From an uncultured Pseudomonadales bacterium (GTDB lineage: Bacteria > Patescibacteriota > Microgenomatia > UBA1400 > UBA1396), in NCBI GenBank assembly GCA_964447905.1, contig CAYUUK010000007.1, positions 513-64,512 on the forward strand: DNA of 64,000 nucleotides, read 5' to 3'. The notes below the pieces were generated by a model. That model did no database searches, had not been told where the DNA came from, and worked only from the letters and a program-made list of their open reading frames with translations. Positions 29,744-37,686 of the stretch are shown piece after piece. Within the stretch, counting starts at the first letter, position 1. Each line of letters begins with the position of its first letter. The position numbers and the translations under genes were made by a program.

Positions 29744-30292
29744 ATGCCGATGCGATCAACCACGCCCGCTTTAGTGCTTCGCACTCGTGATTATGGTGAA
29801 AAGGATCGCTGGGTGACCCTCTTGACCCCGGAAGACGGACGCGTCGATGTCCTTGCCAAAGGTGTACGCTCGCTCACGTCGAAGCGCCGATCAGCCCTGC
29901 AGGCGGGAAACTTGATTCGTTGCTCATGGACCAGCAAAGGGCAGTCCGATTTTCACATCCTCACTGAGACGACCTACGAAGAAAGCTTGTTTCAAATTAC
30001 CGGTTCCTTGGACCGCGTGCGCGACTTTACTGCTGTGTTGGAAATCGTCCACTACCTCGCTCTCGAAGCGTTTGAGCAGGAAGAGTATGCTGCCTCGGCC
30101 ATACAGGTGTTGCGGTACGTGGGACAGGCCAGCGAGTACAACCGAGCTGTAGTGCGCAAATTGTTGATGCAGTTGGCCGAGATGCAGGGCGTCGTAGCCG
30201 AGCACCAACAGCGCGACCAGATGTCGGCGAGTGATGTGCTGGAGTCGGTTTTGGGGCGAAAAATCCGCAGTTTTGCGTATTTTCGGGTGTAA
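29744..30292 (+). CDS. recO: DNA repair protein RecO (short form)
   Basis: ALVLRTRDYGEKDRWVTLLTPEDGRV..LAKGVRS..SKRRSALQ matches the RecO N-terminal OB fold. Confidence 0.55.
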   Translation: MPMRSTTPALVLRTRDYGEKDRWVTLLTPEDGRVDVLAKGVRSLTSKRRSALQAGNLIRCSWTSKGQSDFHILTETTYEESLFQITGSLDRVRDFTAVLEIVHYLALEAFEQEEYAASAIQVLRYVGQASEYNRAVVRKLLMQLAEMQGVVAEHQQRDQMSASDVLESVLGRKIRSFAYFRV

Positions 30293-30337
30293 TAATAGGC
30301 ATTTCGTTTACTAGAGTATTGAGTATAATAGGCGTCT

Positions 30338-30499
30338 ATGGGATGGTACGTAAAAGTAGAAACAACAAAATACGAAGTGGATGAGCAGTATAGTTCCTAT
30401 ACTGAGCCCCAACGAGCGATTGAGGATGTTTTGCACAATAAAATGCGTTGGCTCGTGGGAAAAGAAATTAAAGAAATCACTGCCCGCAAGAGCTAATTT
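30338..30499 (+). CDS. small ORF (53 aa), hypothetical
   Basis: ATG ORF MGWYVKVETTKYEVDEQ... in the recO-glyQS gap; not in the ORF track. Confidence 0.2.
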
Positions 30500-30514
30500 C
30501 GCGTGTTATAATTT

Positions 30515-30664
30515 GAAAGCTATCGTGCGACGATGATCGGAGTGGCGCCCAGGAGTCAAGATCGATAGTCCAAGAGGTGGTGAGCACAGCTCACAAGCCG
30601 GGTGGAACCGCGACTCATGTTTTTATAAATGAGCCATCCCAGCAAGAGAAGGGACGGTTTTTTT
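30515..30664 (+). promoter_or_regulatory. T-box riboswitch leader (glycine-specific) upstream of glyQS
   Basis: Conserved T-box core GGGTGGAACCGCG at 30599-30611. Candidate specifier GGC sits in agtggcgcc. A terminator-like hairpin ccatccc...gggacgg is followed by T7 at 30658-30664. TATAAT at 30507. Confidence 0.5.
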
Positions 30665-30768
30665 GTATCCACAATCAGCCGTTTCAGAACTATAAGGAAA
30701 AAGGATCCACCTTTTCGAAGGCAGCAGCCTTCAGAAAGGAAGATCCTTTTAGATCAAGAAAGGACACC

Positions 30769-32166
30769 ATGGCAGCAGCTGATATGGACACCATCGTTTC
30801 CCTCGCCAAGCGGCGCGGGTTTATTTTCCCATCCTCCGAGATCTACGGCGGTTTGGCGAACACGTACGAGTATGGTCCCGTTGGTGTTGAACTCAAGAAA
30901 AATATTATTGATGCTTGGTGGAAAACCTTTATTCGTCAGCGCGAAGACATGGTCGGAATCGATACCTCGATTATTTTGCACCCCAAAGTGTGGGAAGCCT
31001 CTGGTCACGTCGGTGGATTTTCTGATGCGTTAGTAGACTGCCGCAACTGTCAGTATCGCAAGCGTGCTGACCACCTGATTGAAGAGCACTTTGCTGCCAA
31101 GGGTCAGGAAGACGTGCCAGTAGAAGGAAAGTCAGACGAAGAACTCGATGCCATGATTCAGGAAGAGCATATTGTGTGTCCGAACTGTGGCAAATTTGAG
31201 TGGACTCCGGTTCGTAAATTCAACTTATTATTCGAAACCTCGATTGGAATTGTGCCGGAATCAGAATCGAAAGCCTATCTGCGTGGTGAAACGGCCCAAG
31301 GTATTTTTGTGTCGTTCAAAAACGTCATGGACTCTTCCCGCGTCAAATTGCCGTTTGGTATTGGACAAGTGGGGAAAAGTTTCCGTAACGAAATTACGCT
31401 GGGAAACTTTATTTTCCGTACCATGGAGTTTGAGCAGGGAGAGATTGAGTACTTCTTCGATTCGGAACAAGAGAACTGGAAAGAGCTGTTCGAGAACTGG
31501 CAAAACGACATGTGGGCTTTCGTCACCGAAACGCTCGGCATCGATCCCGAAAAACTCCGCTGGCGTGAGCATACCGATGAAGAACGGAGTTTCTACAGCG
31601 AGCGTACCGTGGACTTAGACTACCAATTCCCATTTGGGTTCAAGGAACTCTGGGGCCTCGCTTATCGCACTGACTATGACCTCACTCAGCACATGGAGCA
31701 CTCCGGTAAAGATATCCGCGTGGTGGATAGCAGTACTGGTCGAAAGTTTACTCCGCACGTTATTGAGCCTGCGGTAGGATTGAACCGCTTGCTGCTTATG
31801 ACGCTGGTTGACGCCTACTGGGAAGACACCGAGAAAAATCGCACGGTTTTGAAGCTGAAACCGGCTTTGGCCCCAAATAAGGTGGCGGTATTTCCATTGC
31901 TCAAAAACAAGCCAGAATTGGTCGAAAAAGCCCGCGAAATTTTCCGCGAATTGAGCGCTGACTACGCTGTAGCCTGGGATGACCGTGGAAATATCGGAAA
32001 GCGCTATCTGGCTCAAGATGAAATCGGAACTCCCGTGTGTTTGACAATTGATTTCCAAACGCTGGAAGACGACACCGTCACTTGGCGCGATCGCGATACA
32101 GCGGAGCAGGTACGTGTGCCGGTGTCTGAAGTGGCCGGGAAACTGCGCGCGCTGTTACTCGAGTAA
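30769..32166 (+). CDS. glyQS: glycine--tRNA ligase, alpha2 homodimeric type
   Basis: Class II aaRS motifs; typical GlyQS N-terminus IVSLAKRRGFIFPSSEIYGG; AGGA ribosome-binding site before the ATG at 30769. Confidence 0.9.
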   Translation: MAAADMDTIVSLAKRRGFIFPSSEIYGGLANTYEYGPVGVELKKNIIDAWWKTFIRQREDMVGIDTSIILHPKVWEASGHVGGFSDALVDCRNCQYRKRADHLIEEHFAAKGQEDVPVEGKSDEELDAMIQEEHIVCPNCGKFEWTPVRKFNLLFETSIGIVPESESKAYLRGETAQGIFVSFKNVMDSSRVKLPFGIGQVGKSFRNEITLGNFIFRTMEFEQGEIEYFFDSEQENWKELFENWQNDMWAFVTETLGIDPEKLRWREHTDEERSFYSERTVDLDYQFPFGFKELWGLAYRTDYDLTQHMEHSGKDIRVVDSSTGRKFTPHVIEPAVGLNRLLLMTLVDAYWEDTEKNRTVLKLKPALAPNKVAVFPLLKNKPELVEKAREIFRELSADYAVAWDDRGNIGKRYLAQDEIGTPVCLTIDFQTLEDDTVTWRDRDTAEQVRVPVSEVAGKLRALLLE

Positions 32167-32219
32167 GCCTGGTGACTTCGGTTGGCGGATCTGGCAAAAT
32201 CTGCTACGATGATTCGGCT

Positions 32220-33077
32220 ATGAAGAAGACTTGGATTATCCTCGGAATAATTGTGCTCCTATTATTGGGAGGTGGTGCTTTTGCAGCCATGCGTTTTATG
32301 CAGGCTCCTGCAGAAGAGACCAGCACGGCTCGACCCACTCCACCACCAGAACAGGTCAATATTATTCCGGTGAGTGAACGTCCGTATGCACAGTTGATTC
32401 CATCGGCCAATGGTCGCAATCTCACTTTGGTGATCGGCGAGCTTAAGAAGCTTGCCGCCGAAGGCGAGTATGAGCTTGAGTATCAGTCTGGCAATTTGCT
32501 TCAAGGAGCCTTTGGAATTGTTGATGTTGACCAACTTCCTGGTAAAGAACTCGATATTTTGCTTGGTAGTTGTAGCGCCGGTGGAAAATGTTCCTACCAC
32601 GAGGATGTGACCGGTGGTAGTCTCCTCTTGCGTTTTGAAGATCCAGAAAAATATGTGCTCAAAAATGACTGGGCCTTTATCGAAAACACTGACGGTGCAT
32701 CTACTTTTTCTTCTCGTGATGCCGAGTTTGTTTTGACCGGCGACTCTCTCGAGAATGTTGAGTACGCTGTTATTTTGCAAACCCCTGGCTTACCAGAAGA
32801 AGTAGAAGCCGACTTGTTGTCAGAACCGTATGCGGTCAGTTTAGCCACAAGTGCTCGTGGTCCATTTGCCGTGAGTATCCGCATGACCGAGGCGTCCCCA
32901 GATGCTGAAATTTGGGCCTGGGATGGCACAGCCTGGGAGCCACTCGAAACAACTGTCGAAGAAAAAATGGCTACTGCTGAGCTGGAAACTTTGGCCGATG
33001 CCTATGTTGTGGTACGAACTCAGACAGAGTCGGACACAGGCGAAGTACCTTCAGAAGAAGTGACGGAGCTAGAGTAA
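32220..33077 (+). CDS. membrane-anchored hypothetical protein
   Basis: MKKTWIILGIIVLLLLGG anchor followed by an acidic extracytoplasmic domain. Confidence 0.35.
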   Translation: MKKTWIILGIIVLLLLGGGAFAAMRFMQAPAEETSTARPTPPPEQVNIIPVSERPYAQLIPSANGRNLTLVIGELKKLAAEGEYELEYQSGNLLQGAFGIVDVDQLPGKELDILLGSCSAGGKCSYHEDVTGGSLLLRFEDPEKYVLKNDWAFIENTDGASTFSSRDAEFVLTGDSLENVEYAVILQTPGLPEEVEADLLSEPYAVSLATSARGPFAVSIRMTEASPDAEIWAWDGTAWEPLETTVEEKMATAELETLADAYVVVRTQTESDTGEVPSEEVTELE

Positions 33078-33093
33078 ACAGTCAAAGATAGGC

Positions 33094-34305
33094 ATGTGGA
33101 AATTTCTGCGCAATAAACTGAACCTTCGCAACGAAAAAGAACTTGTTGAGAAGGATACCGGTTCGCAGAGTTACTACATTTTGCTCTCCATTGCTGCATT
33201 TATCGCCACACTTGGCGTGCTTATAGATAACGCAACAGTCATTATTGGTGCAATGTTAATTGCGCCACTCATGGTGCCGATTATGGCGCTTGCTGTCTCC
33301 ATTGCCCGGGGTGAGACTGAAAATATCATTAACTCACTCGGTAATCTTTCTATGAGTATTTTGGTGGTTGTCTTGTTAGCGGTAATTACCAGTAAAGTGT
33401 TGCCGGTAGCAGAAATTCCTGAGCAAGCACTCCTGCGGGCACAACCCAATATCGTCGATTTACTCATTGCAATTGCTTCTGGTGCAGTTGGTATGTATGC
33501 CTATTTGCACCGTGATGTGCCGGAATCTTTGGCTGGTGTCGCTATTTCGGTGTCACTCGTGCCACCTTTGACCGTAGTGGGAATCGGATTTGCTATTGGT
33601 GCCTATCTTTTGTCTCTGGGTGCAACAGTTTTGTTTTTCACTAACGTGGTGGCTATTTTGTGTGCAGCAGTTGTGGTGCTGTTTTTGCATGGCAAATCAG
33701 CTCGCCAGACTGGCTCGGAAGAGGAACGCGATGTAGCTTTGGCAAGCAGTGGTATAACGCTCGCTATCGCTGTTATCCTAGGAATTTTATTAAGTGGAGC
33801 ATTCCTCCAAGTGTATAGGGAAGAACAACGAAAAGTGATTGTAAGAGAAACACTCACTCCGCTGGTTGAAGAAATTGGTGGCACTATCACTGAGTTGGAT
33901 ACGACCATGGGATCAGGACAAGTGTTGGTTGATGCGATTGTACGAGTGCCAGAGAAAGTCGAGTCTCTTGATGTAGAGCGGATGAATAATGCCTTGGTGT
34001 ATGCTCTGGAGAATTCGGTAGATTTACAAATCTCTCTCGTGCGTATTCAACAAGCCACACGCGAACTGGCGGAAGATGTGCAAGAGAAGATTCAGGAAAT
34101 AAAAGACAAGACGCAAACGGAGTCTTTGCAAGAGCTTGAGGAAAGCTCAGATGGAGAAGGTGAGCTGATTGAGTTGTTGAGCTCTACGCCGTCCGCTCGC
34201 ATGCAGATGGAGGATGCCTCAGATTCTGGAGAAGTATCAGAAAGTTCTGCGAGTGCTACCGCTTCTGAGTCGGCGGAAACGACTGATCCGAGTCCCGTCG
34301 AGTAA
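33094..34305 (+). CDS. DUF389-family polytopic membrane protein with an acidic tail
   Basis: GAMLIAPLM and repeated TM pattern typical of DUF389/TIGR00341; acidic Ser/Glu-rich tail. Confidence 0.45.
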   Translation: MWKFLRNKLNLRNEKELVEKDTGSQSYYILLSIAAFIATLGVLIDNATVIIGAMLIAPLMVPIMALAVSIARGETENIINSLGNLSMSILVVVLLAVITSKVLPVAEIPEQALLRAQPNIVDLLIAIASGAVGMYAYLHRDVPESLAGVAISVSLVPPLTVVGIGFAIGAYLLSLGATVLFFTNVVAILCAAVVVLFLHGKSARQTGSEEERDVALASSGITLAIAVILGILLSGAFLQVYREEQRKVIVRETLTPLVEEIGGTITELDTTMGSGQVLVDAIVRVPEKVESLDVERMNNALVYALENSVDLQISLVRIQQATRELAEDVQEKIQEIKDKTQTESLQELEESSDGEGELIELLSSTPSARMQMEDASDSGEVSESSASATASESAETTDPSPVE

Positions 34306-34368
34306 TCCAGTATTTCTGATATAATAACTTTCTGGTTTTGAGTACCTCGTATGTACTCGAAAATCGGT

Positions 34369-34441
34369 GCCACCTTAGCTCAGTTGGTAGAGCGGCGCTT
34401 TTGTAAAGCGTAGGTCGTGGGTTCGAGTCCCACAGGTGGCT
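34369..34441 (+). tRNA. tRNA-Thr (anticodon UGU)
   Basis: A cloverleaf was folded by hand. Acceptor GCCACCT/AGGTGGC, D stem GCTC/GAGC, anticodon stem GCGCT/AGCGT with loop TTTGTAA, T arm GTGGG-TTCGAGT-CCCAC, discriminator T. No encoded CCA. Confidence 0.85.
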
Positions 34442-34564
34442 CTCTGAGAAAGAAATTCCAAGGCGCGGTTGGGGACCCCGCCGCCGCATGTGGTTTTTAC
34501 CACATGCTCTGGCACCCCAAAGCACCTCGTAATTCCTTGCTCAGAGAACTAAAAATATTCCTAC

Positions 34565-34592
34565 TTTAGAGTCAAGTGAGATATGATACAAT
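34565..34592 (+). promoter_or_regulatory. candidate sigma70-type promoter for rpmG
   Basis: TTTAGA, then 16 nt, then the extended -10 TGATACAAT; a GGAAAG ribosome-binding site follows. Confidence 0.3.
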
Positions 34593-34617
34593 ATCTCCTC
34601 TGTAAGGAAAGATAATT

Positions 34618-34806
34618 ATGGCAAAAAAGAAAAAAGGACCACGCGGCATTGTTGCTATGCGCTCCACTGCTAGCGGTCACAGTTACTACACCACTCGTAA
34701 TAAGCGAAACCGTCAGGAAAAAGGTCAAGGCAAACTTGAACTTCGTAAATACGATCCTCTGACGAAGCAACACGAGACCTACAAAGAAGACGCCAAGCTA
34801 AAGTAA
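34618..34806 (+). CDS. rpmG: 50S ribosomal protein L33 (non-zinc form)
   Basis: [22 protein letters not shown]...KLELRKYDP matches L33. Confidence 0.85.
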   Translation: MAKKKKGPRGIVAMRSTASGHSYYTTRNKRNRQEKGQGKLELRKYDPLTKQHETYKEDAKLK

Positions 34807-34892
34807 GCTCGGTCTTTTCTTTTTTCTTACCTCTGTACTCTTTTCCTCTGGCTTGTACTGTTTTCGGGAAACATATACACTAATACCAGTGT

Positions 34893-35987
34893 ATGCGTGC
34901 CCGGCTCATTAGTGTATTTTTTATTATTTTCCTTTTTTTTGGTGTGAACGCATCGTTTGTTTCTGCACAAGTTTTAACTGGGCGCTGTCTTGATAACTCA
35001 ATTGCGGCTACAGAAAATCACTTTGGCTGTAGTTTGCAGGGTGGTGGACTCGGTTCCACGCAAACACCGCGGTGGTCGTATGACGCCACAGATGATTTTG
35101 CTTGTAATGAAGGATTTGACGTAGATTTTGCTGCCTGTTCCGGAACCGCTCCTGTGTGTGGGGTAGGAGAGGAAAACTGCTGTTTGCCGTGTGCTCCAGA
35201 AGTGACCGAGGAGAGTGTTGGTCACGGAGGTTCCTGTGCGAATGGAGAAACCTGTGACTCGAATGCCTTACTCGTATGTCGAGCAGACCAGTGTTTGCGG
35301 AGGGTGGACTCTGTTTCCTTAGGTGGTGTTTGTTTTGATCAAAGTGAGTGTGGGATAGATTCTGGTCGGCCTTTAGTATGTGAAGAAGGACAGTGCCGCT
35401 TGCCAGCGGATGAGTTTGATCCCTGTACTGATGACGCCTTTTGCCAAGCTGAAACCGGCAATGCGCTCGCTGTTTGTAACCCGGTGAGCGGAACGTGTGT
35501 GGTATCGGTGTGTGAGTCGAATGCACAGTGTCGACAGGCATTGGGTGATGAAAACGCGATATGTAATGAGGCCACAGGGGCTTGTGTTATCAATGACAGT
35601 GAAGTTGCTGTAGAGGAAGAAGTGATTGATTTTAGTTACTGTTTGCAAGTGCCTGATGGGAATCAGCGCCGCAGCTGTGAGCAGTGTATTGAGCAAGGCG
35701 AAGAAGGTGAGTATGCTTACACGGCGGTGGGTTGTGTCCGCACCAATGGTCAAGGACTGACGGAAGACTTAGTTCGTTTACTCATGGGTGTTTCTGGCGG
35801 TGTAGCTATCATGAGTGACCTGGCAGGTGCATTTCTCCTCTCGGTTTCACGCGGTGACTCCTCGAAGGTAAAGGAAGCAAAAGACCTTATTACTGCTTCT
35901 ACTAGTGGACTCTTTTTCATTATTTTCTCGATATTCATTCTGCAGTTTGTGGGCGTATCCATTTTGCAAATACCTGGACTGGGATAA
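34893..35987 (+). CDS. secreted Cys-rich protein with a C-terminal two-TM pilin-like anchor (possible TrbC/VirB2-type CPR pilin family)
   Basis: Signal peptide, about 40 Cys in the ectodomain. The C-terminal hydrophobic-charged-hydrophobic module is about 84% identical to that of the next gene. Confidence 0.5.
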   Translation: MRARLISVFFIIFLFFGVNASFVSAQVLTGRCLDNSIAATENHFGCSLQGGGLGSTQTPRWSYDATDDFACNEGFDVDFAACSGTAPVCGVGEENCCLPCAPEVTEESVGHGGSCANGETCDSNALLVCRADQCLRRVDSVSLGGVCFDQSECGIDSGRPLVCEEGQCRLPADEFDPCTDDAFCQAETGNALAVCNPVSGTCVVSVCESNAQCRQALGDENAICNEATGACVINDSEVAVEEEVIDFSYCLQVPDGNQRRSCEQCIEQGEEGEYAYTAVGCVRTNGQGLTEDLVRLLMGVSGGVAIMSDLAGAFLLSVSRGDSSKVKEAKDLITASTSGLFFIIFSIFILQFVGVSILQIPGLG

Positions 35988-36036
35988 GAAAACGTCACAT
36001 TTTTTCTCTGCTCGAAGCCTGCTATAGTGATAAGAG

Positions 36037-37659
36037 ATGCGTTTTCTGGGAACCCTCCTTGTTGGTATTGTACTGAGCAGTCTGTTTGCTCCACTCGTTT
36101 GGGCCCAGAATGGCTGTGCTGTGCCTGGTATTACTGGTTTTGAGCAGAGCCAAGCGCCCAATGGCGATTACGACCTTTTTACTTTCACCGGGTGTGTTCC
36201 CAACAGTTCGTATGACGATTTTGTTATCTCATTTTTCGATGCTTCCAATATTATGCTGCAAGAGAATATTGAGTTTACTCCCAGTATTGGTCCCGACGGA
36301 TCGTTTCGAGTAGAGCTCGATGCTTCTTTCCCAGAAGGAACGACCATGAACTACCAGCTCATTGTTGACGGCCAGCAGATTGGGAGTCTGGGATCTGTGT
36401 ACGTTGACTATACATTTGTAGAAGCTGAGGTAGTGAATCCGGCCTGTTCCGAAACACAAGAGTGTACTACAGCAGATGGTCAGCCCGGCTCAATGGAGTG
36501 TAGCGGAGAGCAAATAAATGGAGCGTGTGAACTGCAGAGTTGCGGAACCTGTATATCCGTAGCCGATCCAGTGCAGGAAGAGGATGTGCGCGAAGCGATG
36601 CCAGTAACGGTGCCAGAAAACGATGGCGAACCGGATATTTCCCAACAAGATCCCGATGCGGATATTATTGATTTTAGTTACTGTTTACAGGTGCCAGACG
36701 GGACTCAGCGCAGCAACTGTGAGCAGTGCATTAGCCAGGGTGAAGATGGCGAGTATGTGTATACAGCGGTGGGGTGTGTGCGTACCGCTGGCGCTGGTCT
36801 CACGAGAGATTTAGTTCGGCTGATGATGGGCGCGGTTGGTGGTGTTGCCATAATGAGCATCTTGGCCGGTGCATTCTTTTTAAGCATTTCGAGGGGAGAC
36901 TCCTCCAAAGTGAAAGAAGCCAAAGAGCTTATAACGGCGGCGGTTTCTGGTTTGTTCTTCATAATTTTCTCGATATTTATTCTTCAATTTGTAGGAGTGT
37001 CCATTTTGCAGATACCTGGTTTGGGTGGTAGTGGCGGACAGGGTGCGGTTCGACCAGTTTTTGATGATCCGAATATTCAAGGTGGGGGGCAAATTGGCGG
37101 AGGCAATCCGGCCGAGCCTGTGGCCGAAAATCCACCCGCAGTTCCAGCGGAGCCACAAGACACTGAGTGGCAACCAGAAGATGTGCAGTGGAGCACCAGT
37201 GTGGCGGATGACGGTTTTGTCGAGGTGTGTATTACCTATCCTCAGGCAGGTGTAGCTGACAACACGATTGGTGTGCGAGCAACTCCGTCTGTCTCGGGGT
37301 CTTCGTATCCGGTGTTTGAGTGGAGTTTGGGTGCGGCGCAAAAAGTGGCTGGCGAGCGGTATCGCCAGTGTGGTTCAGTTAATATCGAGTCGTACGCTGC
37401 AGAAGTTGTGGAGAATATCTATGAAAATCAGTTTGGATCGAGTCAGTCATTCCAAGGTGGTGTGATCGATGGTGGGCAGTTTAGTTACTCTGTTGGCGTG
37501 AGTCAAGTAGGAGCGGCTGATCCGAATGTCTCCGCTGCTGAGCGTGAGGCGTTTTTGAATGCTCTCCAGTCGCAAAACGCGCTCTTGCGAGTGGAGTATG
37601 CAGTAAATGGACAAACGTATACTGATTTTTCCATTCCGTTTGTAGGGATTGGTGGATAA
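36037..37659 (+). CDS. secreted Cys-rich protein, paralog of 34893..35987, with the same pilin-like module plus a 210 aa Gly-rich-linked C-terminal domain
   Basis: Signal peptide; IDFSYCLQVPDG...FIIFSIFILQFVGVSILQIPGLG shared with the upstream gene; GGSGGQ linker. Confidence 0.5.
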   Translation: MRFLGTLLVGIVLSSLFAPLVWAQNGCAVPGITGFEQSQAPNGDYDLFTFTGCVPNSSYDDFVISFFDASNIMLQENIEFTPSIGPDGSFRVELDASFPEGTTMNYQLIVDGQQIGSLGSVYVDYTFVEAEVVNPACSETQECTTADGQPGSMECSGEQINGACELQSCGTCISVADPVQEEDVREAMPVTVPENDGEPDISQQDPDADIIDFSYCLQVPDGTQRSNCEQCISQGEDGEYVYTAVGCVRTAGAGLTRDLVRLMMGAVGGVAIMSILAGAFFLSISRGDSSKVKEAKELITAAVSGLFFIIFSIFILQFVGVSILQIPGLGGSGGQGAVRPVFDDPNIQGGGQIGGGNPAEPVAENPPAVPAEPQDTEWQPEDVQWSTSVADDGFVEVCITYPQAGVADNTIGVRATPSVSGSSYPVFEWSLGAAQKVAGERYRQCGSVNIESYAAEVVENIYENQFGSSQSFQGGVIDGGQFSYSVGVSQVGAADPNVSAAEREAFLNALQSQNALLRVEYAVNGQTYTDFSIPFVGIGG

Positions 37660-37686
37660 GCGCTGGTTGCAGAAAGAGTCAGAGAG

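Noticed and set aside
34256-34525. 89 aa minus-strand ORF
   Set aside because: It overlaps the tRNA-Thr gene and the structured region 3-prime of it, so it is a spurious ORF.
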